Origin: Candidatus Falkowbacteria bacterium
Lineage (GTDB): Bacteria; Patescibacteriota; Patescibacteriia; JAACEG01
Assembly (NCBI GenBank): GCA_018651725.1
Contig: JABIDK010000003.1
Location: forward strand, 1 to 60,906
Direction of reading: 5' to 3'
DNA length: 60,906 nucleotides
Shown: piece after piece, positions 1-8,662 of the stretch
Layout of the letters: each line of letters opens with the position of its first letter
Position numbering within the stretch: position 1 is the first letter of the stretch
Made by a program: the position numbers and the translations under genes
The notes under the pieces: model-generated
Told to the model about the DNA's origin: nothing
Seen by the model: only the letters and a program-made list of their open reading frames with translations
The model's database searches: none

Positions 1-1380
1 ATCGTCAGCGGGGTCTTGGGTTGGATCGTCAGCGGGGTCTTCGTTGCTAATTATAAAAACAATTGATTCAGTTTCATATAATTCATCACCAAAAGATGTT
101 GAAGCGATCAATGTATAAGTTCCATCCGTATAATCAGCGCTATTTAATATCGCTTTCCAATAGTTAGTTCCCGGAAAATATTCAGCACTCAAAGTATGAA
201 CAATACCTCCGTCTTTATGTAGCTGAAAATTCAAATTATCAATATCTAAGTTTGCCCTGGCTATCAACTCAATACTTCCTTCAACAATGCTCCCGCTAAG
301 AAAATCTATTATCTGCACGGATAAATCTTCTAATATTGTTTCTTCTTCGTTTTGAATATTAAATGTTACTAAATTACTATTATAGATATCACCGGAATTA
401 ACAAAAGAAAACAATACTTCGTAACTGCCGTTAATATAATTATTGCTGTTAAAATTTGTTTTCCAAACACTATTTTGCGTATTAAAAGACCCAGTATATG
501 TAGCATAAAAAATTTCTTCATTATCGGCATTGGATACAATAAATTTAGGGTAATTAACTAGATTTTCTGTAACATTTACTTCTGCTTTTAATGTTATTAA
601 ATCAGAAACTATAAAATTATTTTGAGGAGTGATCATTTCTGCAATGAAATTATTGTTATTATCATCACCCAAAAATAAACTAATTTCATTACTGTAAGTT
701 CCACACTCTTCTCCTAAATATTCACAAACCCTGACATGATAAATCCCCGGACCGTCAAAATCATTTAAAATATCTGTTGTTTGGTCAGAATTTGAATAAT
801 ACCTATATTCATCGCCGACTCTTGTTGGATAAATTGGTCCGGAATTTTTTGACCAAATCGCTTTAAAACCATGCGGGGAGCTACCGGAAACATTCCATTC
901 AATATTTTGCCCTTCTCCAGAGAGAGTAATAGATTCTACGCCTTGAACATTATTTTCAATAACAAAAAATACCGGTTCGGCTCGAAAACTATACCCCAAA
1001 TAAGATAAATGTGCTTTTAATACATAGTTCCCGTTAGGATAATTGTTACTGAGAAAATTAGCAAGCCAATAACTTCGACCAGTGGTCGAGCCGCTGTCAT
1101 AATAAGACGGGATTTCCTCCTCTAACGATCCGTCTGTTTTTCTTAAAATAAAAACCGTGTCTACATCATAAAATCCGGGTAAATTAGCCAAATCAATTCC
1201 TGCTTTAAAAATCAATTCTCCGGAAACAATGGAATTATTTTGAGGACTAATTATTTCAAGATTTGCACCACTCCCCATTCCGTTATTTTGGGCAAGTAAA
1301 AAACTGATCGGCAAAATAAAAATAAACAATAAAAAACTAAAGAATAAATTAAATAAAAATCTTTTTTTAAATTTTTTCAT
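1..1380 (-). CDS. secreted repeat-domain surface protein; C-terminus lies beyond the left window edge (not in the supplied ORF track)
   Basis: ATG at 1380-1378. I checked every in-frame codon down to base 1 and found no stop (460 codons). The N-terminus MKKFKKRFLFNLFFSFLLFIFILPISFLLAQ looks like a signal peptide. The body consists of reiterated beta-rich modules (..NYPNGNYVLKA.., ..NYINGSYEVLF.., ..DYTDGTYTLIA..). It ends in DPADDPTQDPADD at the window edge. Confidence 0.7.
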   Translation of the reverse strand, partial: MKKFKKRFLFNLFFSFLLFIFILPISFLLAQNNGMGSGANLEIISPQNNSIVSGELIFKAGIDLANLPGFYDVDTVFILRKTDGSLEEEIPSYYDSGSTTGRSYWLANFLSNNYPNGNYVLKAHLSYLGYSFRAEPVFFVIENNVQGVESITLSGEGQNIEWNVSGSSPHGFKAIWSKNSGPIYPTRVGDEYRYYSNSDQTTDILNDFDGPGIYHVRVCEYLGEECGTYSNEISLFLGDDNNNNFIAEMITPQNNFIVSDLITLKAEVNVTENLVNYPKFIVSNADNEEIFYATYTGSFNTQNSVWKTNFNSNNYINGSYEVLFSFVNSGDIYNSNLVTFNIQNEEETILEDLSVQIIDFLSGSIVEGSIELIARANLDIDNLNFQLHKDGGIVHTLSAEYFPGTNYWKAILNSADYTDGTYTLIASTSFGDELYETESIVFIISNEDPADDPTQDPADD

Positions 1381-1408
1381 AGTGATATAAAATTAAATTA
1401 TTAATATT

Positions 1409-3583
1409 TTAAATTTTTAACTTTACAAAAAAAGTGCTTCCTTTTCCAGTGCCTTCGCTTTCTACCCAAATTTTTCCTTTGTGAGCCTCTACTACCTTAC
1501 GGCTAAAGTACATACCAAGACCAAGGCCCTCAGTATGAACCAAGGTCACCTTTTTTCCACGTCTAAACTTTTGAAAAATACTTGATAAATCTTCTTTCTC
1601 CACGCCCATACCGGTATCAGATACGGAAATTAATGCGTATTTCTTTTTGTTTTCAATAATAGTTTTAAGTTCAAGTGTTACATTTCCTTTTTCAGTATAT
1701 TTTATAGCGTTATCTATTAAATTAGAAACAACCTCTTTAATTTTTGTTTCATCTATATTTACCTCTGGCATATTTTTAAAACACAAGTATTTTAATTTCA
1801 ATCCCTTCTCCTTAACCATTGGTTTAAATTCTTCAATGATATTTTTAGTAAAATTTTCAAGATTTGATTTTTGAAAAGTAAATACCATCCTTCCACTTTC
1901 AATTCTGGAGATATTAAGAAGATCCTCTACAAGACCGGCCATACGATCAGAGCTTTTACCCACTTTTCGCAGAGCTTCACTTGGGCCCTTGGTAAGTCTC
2001 CCATAGTCTCCTTCAAGAATCATGGAAAGATAACCTCTAATAGCCGTAATTGGGGTGCGAAGCTGATGAGAAGCAATAGAAATAAACTCTGACTTGGCTT
2101 TATCGAGTTTTTTAAGCTGTTTGTTCATTTTTCGCAATTTAGCTGTAGCTTTTCTAACTTCTTCTTTCATTTTCTCTCCAAACATTTGCGTTTCTCTGTA
2201 CAAAGAAGCATTTTCCAGGGCAACAGCCGATTGATTGGAGATAATTCGAAGTACATTAATATCCTGATTACTATAAGCGGCGTTATCGATTTTTGGACCT
2301 AAAAATATTATTCCAATTAAGTCTTTTTTCACAACTAAAGGTAAAATAATTTCCAGCCCGCTACCATTAGAGCTCTTTTTAATATTTAACAAGCATTTTA
2401 TTTCCTGCTGATCTATAGATTGTTTTATTTTTTCATCTATTTCTTGTAAAACAAGTGGCTCCGGAAATTTACTTAAATACTTAGTTAAACTTTTATTTTT
2501 TATAAACTGTAATCTTTCATCTTTTTTACACCCCACTAGTTTAAGCGGAATAAATTCATTTTTCCTTAAATCAACAGACCATAAACTAAGTTTTTCAATC
2601 TGCAAAGCCTTTTGCGTATTATCAACAATCAAATCAATAAGTTGTTGAATATTCAAAACTTCCGGTATTTTCCTAATTAAATCTCGTAAAATATTTTCTT
2701 CTGTGTAAAGTGAAGCGAAAAAATATTTATTAAAAAATTTCTCCAACAAATTCTTAAGCGGAATAAACGCCAAAACACATAAAGAAAAAATAGCAATCGC
2801 AATAAAAAATATAAAAAGATTTATATCGTAATTAATCAAACGACCAACAAGTAACACGCTAGGAGCAGAAACAGCAATCAAAATAACCAAAGCCGAAAAT
2901 ATAACCGCTCCCTTCCGAATAACCACCCGAATATCCATAAGACGGTAACGAGTGATAGCGTAGGCTGAAAAACCAATAAAAAATAAAGAGCTTGGTGCGT
3001 CTAAAAGAGTTAAATCATAAACACCAAATAATGGCAATAATAAGCTAAAAAGAGAACCACTAATACTATAACAAATTAACCCCAGCAACGAATACCTTAA
3101 TTGTGATTTTCTTATTGAATTAGCTTTTTTACTCTCTGAGTAAAGAACCCATACAACAAAAAGACTAAAGAGGAAAATAAAAATTGAATAATAAGGAAAA
3201 AGAGCTCCTACTTTCCCTTTATAACCCAGAATAGTTAAATAATCTATTTCTTTAATAATTAAGTCATCAACGAAAGACAAAAAAGCAAAACATAAGCCTG
3301 GTGATATAATCAAAAAAATTTTAAATTTAGATAATTTTCTTTCTAACAGCTCATAAACCCATAATAATCCAAATCCAGGCAACATAACAGCCAAGGCAAA
3401 GGCCCATTTTACAGTTTCAATAGTAGGGTTAAAGCGAAAGAAAAAATCAAAAAAACACAGCAAAGCGGCATTTAAAGTAAAAATCCCAAATAAATAATTC
3501 AATTTTTTCGTTTTGTTCCTCCACCAAACTAAAAATCCTAGAAATAGGTTTAATAATCCGGCAACGAAAATTAACCAATTCAT
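1409..3583 (-). CDS. membrane sensor histidine kinase (multi-TM N-terminus, GAF-like middle, HisKA + HATPase_c)
   Basis: About 8 hydrophobic segments in the first ~280 aa. H-box SIASHQLRTPITAIRGY, N-box NLIDNAIKYT, G1 DTGMGV, G2 GLGLGM. No response regulator is adjacent. Confidence 0.85.
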   Translation of the reverse strand: MNWLIFVAGLLNLFLGFLVWWRNKTKKLNYLFGIFTLNAALLCFFDFFFRFNPTIETVKWAFALAVMLPGFGLLWVYELLERKLSKFKIFLIISPGLCFAFLSFVDDLIIKEIDYLTILGYKGKVGALFPYYSIFIFLFSLFVVWVLYSESKKANSIRKSQLRYSLLGLICYSISGSLFSLLLPLFGVYDLTLLDAPSSLFFIGFSAYAITRYRLMDIRVVIRKGAVIFSALVILIAVSAPSVLLVGRLINYDINLFIFFIAIAIFSLCVLAFIPLKNLLEKFFNKYFFASLYTEENILRDLIRKIPEVLNIQQLIDLIVDNTQKALQIEKLSLWSVDLRKNEFIPLKLVGCKKDERLQFIKNKSLTKYLSKFPEPLVLQEIDEKIKQSIDQQEIKCLLNIKKSSNGSGLEIILPLVVKKDLIGIIFLGPKIDNAAYSNQDINVLRIISNQSAVALENASLYRETQMFGEKMKEEVRKATAKLRKMNKQLKKLDKAKSEFISIASHQLRTPITAIRGYLSMILEGDYGRLTKGPSEALRKVGKSSDRMAGLVEDLLNISRIESGRMVFTFQKSNLENFTKNIIEEFKPMVKEKGLKLKYLCFKNMPEVNIDETKIKEVVSNLIDNAIKYTEKGNVTLELKTIIENKKKYALISVSDTGMGVEKEDLSSIFQKFRRGKKVTLVHTEGLGLGMYFSRKVVEAHKGKIWVESEGTGKGSTFFVKLKI

Positions 3584-4800
3584 ATTGTCTTATTTTTAAT
3601 GTCTTTCATAATACCAAGTAAAAAATCTATTTGTTGCGTAGTATGAGACGACATAAGAGCGAATCTTAATCTAGCCATACCTTTTGGCACGGCTGGCCAC
3701 CTAGCCACCGGAACAAATATCCCTCTATCAAGTAAATATCTGCTTAATTTTACAGCTCTTTTTTCTTCTCCAATTAAAACGGGTATTATTTGGGTTTCAG
3801 AGGCCATTGTACTAAATCCTAATTCATGTAATTTTTCTCTAAAATATTTTGAATTCTCAAGTAATTTTTTTCTTCTGTTTTCTTCTTCTTTAACAATCTT
3901 TATAGATTCAATAAGCCCACAAACAACGGGTGGAGCGATTGGGGCGGTAAAAATAAAACTCCTAGCTGCAATTTTTAAATAATCAATTAATTCTTGACTA
4001 CCAGTTATATATCCACCAACTCCGCCAAAAGCTTTAGTGAAAGTTCCCATTACAAAGTCTACTGATCCTTCGATACCAAAATACTCTTCTGTGCCTCGTC
4101 CATTTTTACCCAATATCCCGGCGGCATGAGCGTCATCTAAATAAACAAGAGCATCATATTTTTTCGCCAAATCAATCAACTCGGGCAACTTCACAATATC
4201 ACCGTCCATACTAAAAACTCCGTCGGTAACAATCATTTTTCTTGTTTTTTTAGGATACTTCTTTAACCTTTTCTCCAGATCCTCCATATCATTATGTTTA
4301 TAAATCTCTTTGCGAGCACCGCTTAGCCTAATCCCAACAATAGCACTGGCATGATTATATTCATCACTAAAAACAACAGTATCAGTTTTTCTTTTTTTAA
4401 AGTTCAAAATTTTTAATACATTAGTTAACACTGAAATATCTATAACTTTAGCTATAGCCGGGATACAACCTTCGTTAACCATATATCCGGAAACAAAAGT
4501 TAAGGCGGCTTCTTTATTCTTAAAAGAAGCTATTTCTTTTTCTAACTTTAAATGAATATCCAAATTCCCAGTCAAAAGCCTGGCACTCCCATTCCCTATC
4601 CCCCACTTTTCCGCGCCCTTTTTCGCTGCCTCTATAACCCGTTTATCGGTCGTCATTCCCAAATAATTATTACTGGCAAAAATAATAACTTTTTTACCAT
4701 TAACAACAACCTCAGGTTTATGCGGACTGTTTACAACCGGCATGTCGGGATATAGCTCTTCTTTTTTAATAAACTGTAAAACCTCTTTAATCTTCTGCAT
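3580..4800 (-). CDS. PLP-dependent alpha-oxoamine synthase family enzyme (Kbl / BioF / serine palmitoyltransferase-like)
   Basis: NNYLGM, DDAHAAGILGKNGRGT and GTFTKAFGGVGGY (PLP lysine) motifs. Its stop overlaps the kinase start by 4 nt (ATGA). Substrate cannot be assigned by eye. Confidence 0.75.
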   Translation of the reverse strand: MQKIKEVLQFIKKEELYPDMPVVNSPHKPEVVVNGKKVIIFASNNYLGMTTDKRVIEAAKKGAEKWGIGNGSARLLTGNLDIHLKLEKEIASFKNKEAALTFVSGYMVNEGCIPAIAKVIDISVLTNVLKILNFKKRKTDTVVFSDEYNHASAIVGIRLSGARKEIYKHNDMEDLEKRLKKYPKKTRKMIVTDGVFSMDGDIVKLPELIDLAKKYDALVYLDDAHAAGILGKNGRGTEEYFGIEGSVDFVMGTFTKAFGGVGGYITGSQELIDYLKIAARSFIFTAPIAPPVVCGLIESIKIVKEEENRRKKLLENSKYFREKLHELGFSTMASETQIIPVLIGEEKRAVKLSRYLLDRGIFVPVARWPAVPKGMARLRFALMSSHTTQQIDFLLGIMKDIKNKTI

Positions 4801-4860
4801 AATAAATTTTTAATATAAACAAAATAACCCCTCCCGATTAACAAATTTTTAACTAACGTT

Positions 4861-4869
4861 ATTATACCA
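4861..4869 (-). promoter_or_regulatory. extended -10 promoter element (TGgTATAAT on the minus strand) for the alpha-oxoamine synthase/kinase operon
   Basis: The minus strand reads ttttttGGTATAATaacg about 60 nt upstream of the ATG at 4800. It shares architecture with the element at 8395-8403. Confidence 0.45.
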
Positions 4870-4962
4870 AAAAATTAAAAAACTCGCAAAAAAATAAAGA
4901 TTGAAACAAAAAAACCGCCAACATTTTTGCTGACGGCGTTAAAGTTAAAGTTTATAGTTTTC

Positions 4963-6429
4963 CTACTCAACAACCTGAAAATTTTCAACAGGGCTTATTG
5001 TCTGAGTCATAAAAAATACCGGCTCTGACCAGTTACTAGATAAGGCGCCGGCGCAATAGGTTTTACCGATAACTTTGTATTCTTTACCTGAAACAAGGCT
5101 TGCTTCTTCGTAGATAAGTGAAGTACTTGTCGAAATCAGGCTATTTACAATTGGACCGTTATTCTCCCAAACTTGGATTGAATAATCAATCACTTGAGAA
5201 TTAGTATTGGTCCAGGTTATAGTTAAAGTTTTTCCGCTTCTTAATATAGATGTAATCTGCGGAGGATTACATTCTTCGTTAGATGGTGGGTCTTCCGGAG
5301 GATCTATTGGGATCAAATCAGGAAATTCTTCCTCATCTGTTCTACCAAGAAAATTTGGTAACGGACTAGTTGATAGAGTTGTTTCTGTAATTACATCTCC
5401 TTCACCGTAGTGATTAAACAGTTCCGGGGGTATCTCGACTACCTCGCTCCAGTCGGGATTGTAGCCAATATCATAATAAACTTGCTCGTTTTGGATGTGA
5501 TGAAATTTGTCATCTGTTCCGAATAGATATATTTTAGATGAATCTATTGCCGTGGAAATACAAGATACCGGGCCTACTTTTGATATTACTTTGTAGGCGA
5601 TTAAATTGCTCCATTCATAATCGTTATATGACAACATTGTCTTGCCCATGATTTGATAGTTTGCTTTCTCACTAGCTGGTAATTCTGTAACATAGCTCCA
5701 ATCAGGGGTTAAACTGCAATTTGAATTGCGATACCCAAGAAGAGCGTAAGTTTGCTCATTTGGGATAGGCCAGAGCTTGTTGTTTGATTTGAGATAAACT
5801 GTTGGGGAGTCGGTGAATTTTAGGGTTGGGTGGTGGGGAGGATTCACTAATATACTTCCTATATAAATATTTGGGTCATGGTAACCATAATTATCTGGAT
5901 AATTTGGAGTATACCCCCAATACAAACCATCACCCGATGGATTGTTGGTAACTGGACTATCTTTTATCTCAAAATGTAAATGAATAGACCAATAATTTGC
6001 CACCCCATATCCAGAACCACCCATAATCCCGATTTTTTCTCCTTTTAATACTATTTTATCAACATATAAATTTGATTCTATTGAAGCAAGATGAGAATAA
6101 AAGCTATAAATATTTATTCCCGTTAATAATGTATGTTCAATAATCACATTATTTCCCATGCCCTTATCGTTTGCATTCATGTATTCTATTCTGACAATTT
6201 TACCAAAATTAGAAGCGACAATTTCATGGGAAGCGTTATTCTTGTAATCAATAGCTGAGTGATACTTGCTCGTATTAAAACAAGTCTTCAAGCCATACAA
6301 ACAATTTTCATATTGCAAAGCATTTACTGGGTGTCCAAAAGTATAATCGTTAGCAAGAGCTGATCCAAGAGACATAATGCAAAGTAAACAAATTTGTGCG
6401 ATAATAGATGTTAATTTTTTTCTGTTCAT
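4963..6429 (-). CDS. secreted M23/LytM-family metallopeptidase with C-terminal FN3/Ig-like domain
   Basis: Signal peptide; HSAID (HxxxD) and SIHLHFEIKD (HxH) M23 motifs; YSHL..GEKIGIMGGSG. The C-terminal ~100 aa has an FN3-like pattern. Confidence 0.8.
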   Translation of the reverse strand: MNRKKLTSIIAQICLLCIMSLGSALANDYTFGHPVNALQYENCLYGLKTCFNTSKYHSAIDYKNNASHEIVASNFGKIVRIEYMNANDKGMGNNVIIEHTLLTGINIYSFYSHLASIESNLYVDKIVLKGEKIGIMGGSGYGVANYWSIHLHFEIKDSPVTNNPSGDGLYWGYTPNYPDNYGYHDPNIYIGSILVNPPHHPTLKFTDSPTVYLKSNNKLWPIPNEQTYALLGYRNSNCSLTPDWSYVTELPASEKANYQIMGKTMLSYNDYEWSNLIAYKVISKVGPVSCISTAIDSSKIYLFGTDDKFHHIQNEQVYYDIGYNPDWSEVVEIPPELFNHYGEGDVITETTLSTSPLPNFLGRTDEEEFPDLIPIDPPEDPPSNEECNPPQITSILRSGKTLTITWTNTNSQVIDYSIQVWENNGPIVNSLISTSTSLIYEEASLVSGKEYKVIGKTYCAGALSSNWSEPVFFMTQTISPVENFQVVE

Positions 6430-6575
6430 GACTTTCTCCTTTTTGAGTTGCAGATTAATTAAATTGTTAAAGAACTATTTTTTACTAAAAAATGATTTCC
6501 TCCTTTTTTATTTTTAAAGCAAAATTGCTCTTTTAAGTATATAATTTATAAATTTATACTTTCAAAAGAATAATT

Positions 6576-7154
6576 TTAATCAATAAATTTAAAATTGTTT
6601 AGAATTCCTAAACTTTCAATTCTTCCTCCGGTAGTTATCTCATACGCAAAATTATTATGGATAAAATAAATTTTTATTATTCCCATCTCGGATGTTTCTA
6701 TTTTAATTGCTTTTTCTCCGCTTATAATTAATGCGGTGATATTTGTAGTGACTGATTTATAAAATTCTAATTTTTGTTTTTTAAATTCTTCAAATGTTAA
6801 ATTATTAATATTTTTTGTAAATTTAATAGCCTCTCTCCCGGGTATTTCTTCTATATTAAAAACAACTTCATTCAAACCTGAGCGAACGGAATCAATCTCC
6901 CAATCCTCCGGGTACTTTATCTCAAACCCATACTCTTCATTATGATAAATTTTCCAATCACTTATATCAACTCCATTAATAATAACTTTATTTAGTTGGT
7001 TTATATTTTGATTTTTGTTAACATTCTGATTAAAATTAATGTTTTCATTTTGATTTATATTATCATCGTTATTTTTTTGCATAACGAAAAAAACAGCTAT
7101 TATTAAAATAACAACTAAAAATAAAACCAAAGTTGTGCTTTTTTTATTTAACAT
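6576..7154 (-). CDS. hypothetical membrane-anchored protein with an Asn-rich linker
   Basis: Complete ORF with ATG. N-terminal TM helix TTLVLFLVVILIIAVFFV, then an N/Q-rich low-complexity stretch. No recognisable motif. Confidence 0.55.
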   Translation of the reverse strand: MLNKKSTTLVLFLVVILIIAVFFVMQKNNDDNINQNENINFNQNVNKNQNINQLNKVIINGVDISDWKIYHNEEYGFEIKYPEDWEIDSVRSGLNEVVFNIEEIPGREAIKFTKNINNLTFEEFKKQKLEFYKSVTTNITALIISGEKAIKIETSEMGIIKIYFIHNNFAYEITTGGRIESLGILNNFKFID

Positions 7155-7231
7155 AATTTTTTACAAATTTTTATTTATAATTTTACGCTATCGCGAAAGT
7201 AAGTATTTGTCAATAAATAAGCCAAAAACCG

Positions 7232-8335
7232 TTATCTTCTGCGTAGAATTCGTGAATAATAGTTTCTCCCTAAAATATTTATCATAATATCATTAACTTT
7301 CTCATTTGTCTTTGCTTTTTTAGCTGCTTCAAATACAAAATAAATAGCAAAAATCATTTTATTATAAAAAGCGTCTGAGCCTAAGATAATTTTTTTACTG
7401 CCGATCAACTCTATAAAATTTTTAATTAATTTTGGCGAAACTCCGGCTGTGTCGAAATAGATGTTATTGTTATTCTCAATTATTTTTTTAGCTAATTTAT
7501 AATTTATTTTATTTAACCCAAAGTGACCCAAGTGAGCGATAACCACTGGAATGTTTAAATCAAATATTTCGCTTTTGCCATTTTCATCACAAAAATTTTC
7601 AAGTAAAGCGTTGTTGTTTGCTCTTTTAAAGTTTTGATATTTTTTATCAGGAAAATTTGTGTAAAAAGAGGTGCCACCATGAAACAATAAATACAAACTA
7701 TATTTTTCTGCCATCTTGTAGATAACTTTCAATCTCTCGGCAATTTCTTGGGGATTATCTTTTGGCAACGGCTTGAAGCCCTGTAAGTTAGGATGCAATT
7801 TAATTCCAACTATTTTATATTTTTCTATATAATATTTAACTCTTTCTTCGATTTTATTTTTGTCTATTCTATGGACATCAAAAGAACCTAAAAGTAAAAA
7901 CTTTTTATTGCTGTAATATTTTCCAGACCACTCTGTATTTATCCAAGGCTCTACAGGCAAAAACACAGCTTCGTCTACCAAAGATTTTTCCATTTCCTCC
8001 AAAGCTCTTTTTTCACTGGTTTTAGAGTATAGTTTTTTAATTTCATGATTAACTGTTTTTGGGAAAAATTTAAAAGCATTCTTTGACAAAATAGTGGCTG
8101 TTTTGTTAAATTTTAACATTTCAGACAAACCAGGCTTGCGGTAATCAATTTTCTTATTTTCTAAATTTTCTTTTAAATAAAGTTCTCCTGAATATTCTTC
8201 TCTATAATCATAATAATGAGCCGCGCCCATAACATCAAAAGGATGGACATGAGTATCCACAATTTTTAAGTCATTTTCCTTCTTTAATTTTTGAAGATAG
8301 ACTAAAAATTCTTTTTTGATATTAAAATTAAACAT
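7232..8335 (-). CDS. amidohydrolase-2 / TIM-barrel metal-dependent hydrolase family protein
   Basis: N-terminal DTHVHPFD metal-binding motif, plus later HGG and AHLGH histidines. The ORF-track start at 8356 is a TTG. The ATG at 8335 has GGAGGG 13 nt upstream, so I use 8335. Confidence 0.65.
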   Translation of the reverse strand: MFNFNIKKEFLVYLQKLKKENDLKIVDTHVHPFDVMGAAHYYDYREEYSGELYLKENLENKKIDYRKPGLSEMLKFNKTATILSKNAFKFFPKTVNHEIKKLYSKTSEKRALEEMEKSLVDEAVFLPVEPWINTEWSGKYYSNKKFLLLGSFDVHRIDKNKIEERVKYYIEKYKIVGIKLHPNLQGFKPLPKDNPQEIAERLKVIYKMAEKYSLYLLFHGGTSFYTNFPDKKYQNFKRANNNALLENFCDENGKSEIFDLNIPVVIAHLGHFGLNKINYKLAKKIIENNNNIYFDTAGVSPKLIKNFIELIGSKKIILGSDAFYNKMIFAIYFVFEAAKKAKTNEKVNDIMINILGRNYYSRILRRR

Positions 8336-8394
8336 AGTTAAAAAATATCCCTCCAAATTAACAAATCCATCCAGCTAACAAATAACTTGTTATT

Positions 8395-8403
8395 ATCATA
8401 CCA
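8395..8403 (-). promoter_or_regulatory. extended -10 promoter element (TGgTATGAT on the minus strand) for the amidohydrolase gene
   Basis: The minus strand reads ttttttGGTATGATaataac about 60 nt upstream of ATG 8335. Confidence 0.4.
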
Positions 8404-8549
8404 AAAAACTTTAATTTAGGCAAAAAATTAATAAATTTTTGTAAAATTAAACAAAAACTAGTTAAAAAATTTATTTTTAAAACTAATTTAAACACTAGAA
8501 TATACTTTTACGCCACACTAAACATTCTAGCTTAACGACAATATAGGTG

Positions 8550-8578
8550 TTGACTTTCACAAAAAATTGATGCATAAT
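8550..8578 (+). promoter_or_regulatory. sigma70-type promoter of the ABC-F / peptide / radical SAM operon
   Basis: TTGACT (8550-8555), 17-nt spacer, CATAAT (8573-8578), with TG immediately upstream. Confidence 0.6.
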
Positions 8579-8583
8579 TTAAC

Positions 8584-8610
8584 AAAATAACTTTTGGTTA
8601 TTTTTTGTTT
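8584..8610 (+). promoter_or_regulatory. leader hairpin plus T-run (possible attenuator) in the 5' UTR of the ABC-F gene
   Basis: aaaataac (8584-8591) pairs with gttatttt (8597-8604), with a 5-nt loop, followed by ttgttt. The stem is AU-rich and therefore weak. Confidence 0.3.
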
Positions 8611-8662
8611 CGTTCTTTGACATGTTAACATATGAGAAAATTATTAATACAGAGGTGAGGCT

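Noticed and set aside
4904-4940. Possible terminator after the M23 peptidase gene (aacgcc..ggcggtt followed by T7 on the minus strand)
   Set aside because: The stem needs a bulge and has a 15-nt loop. That is too weak to list as a feature, although the T-run is suggestive.
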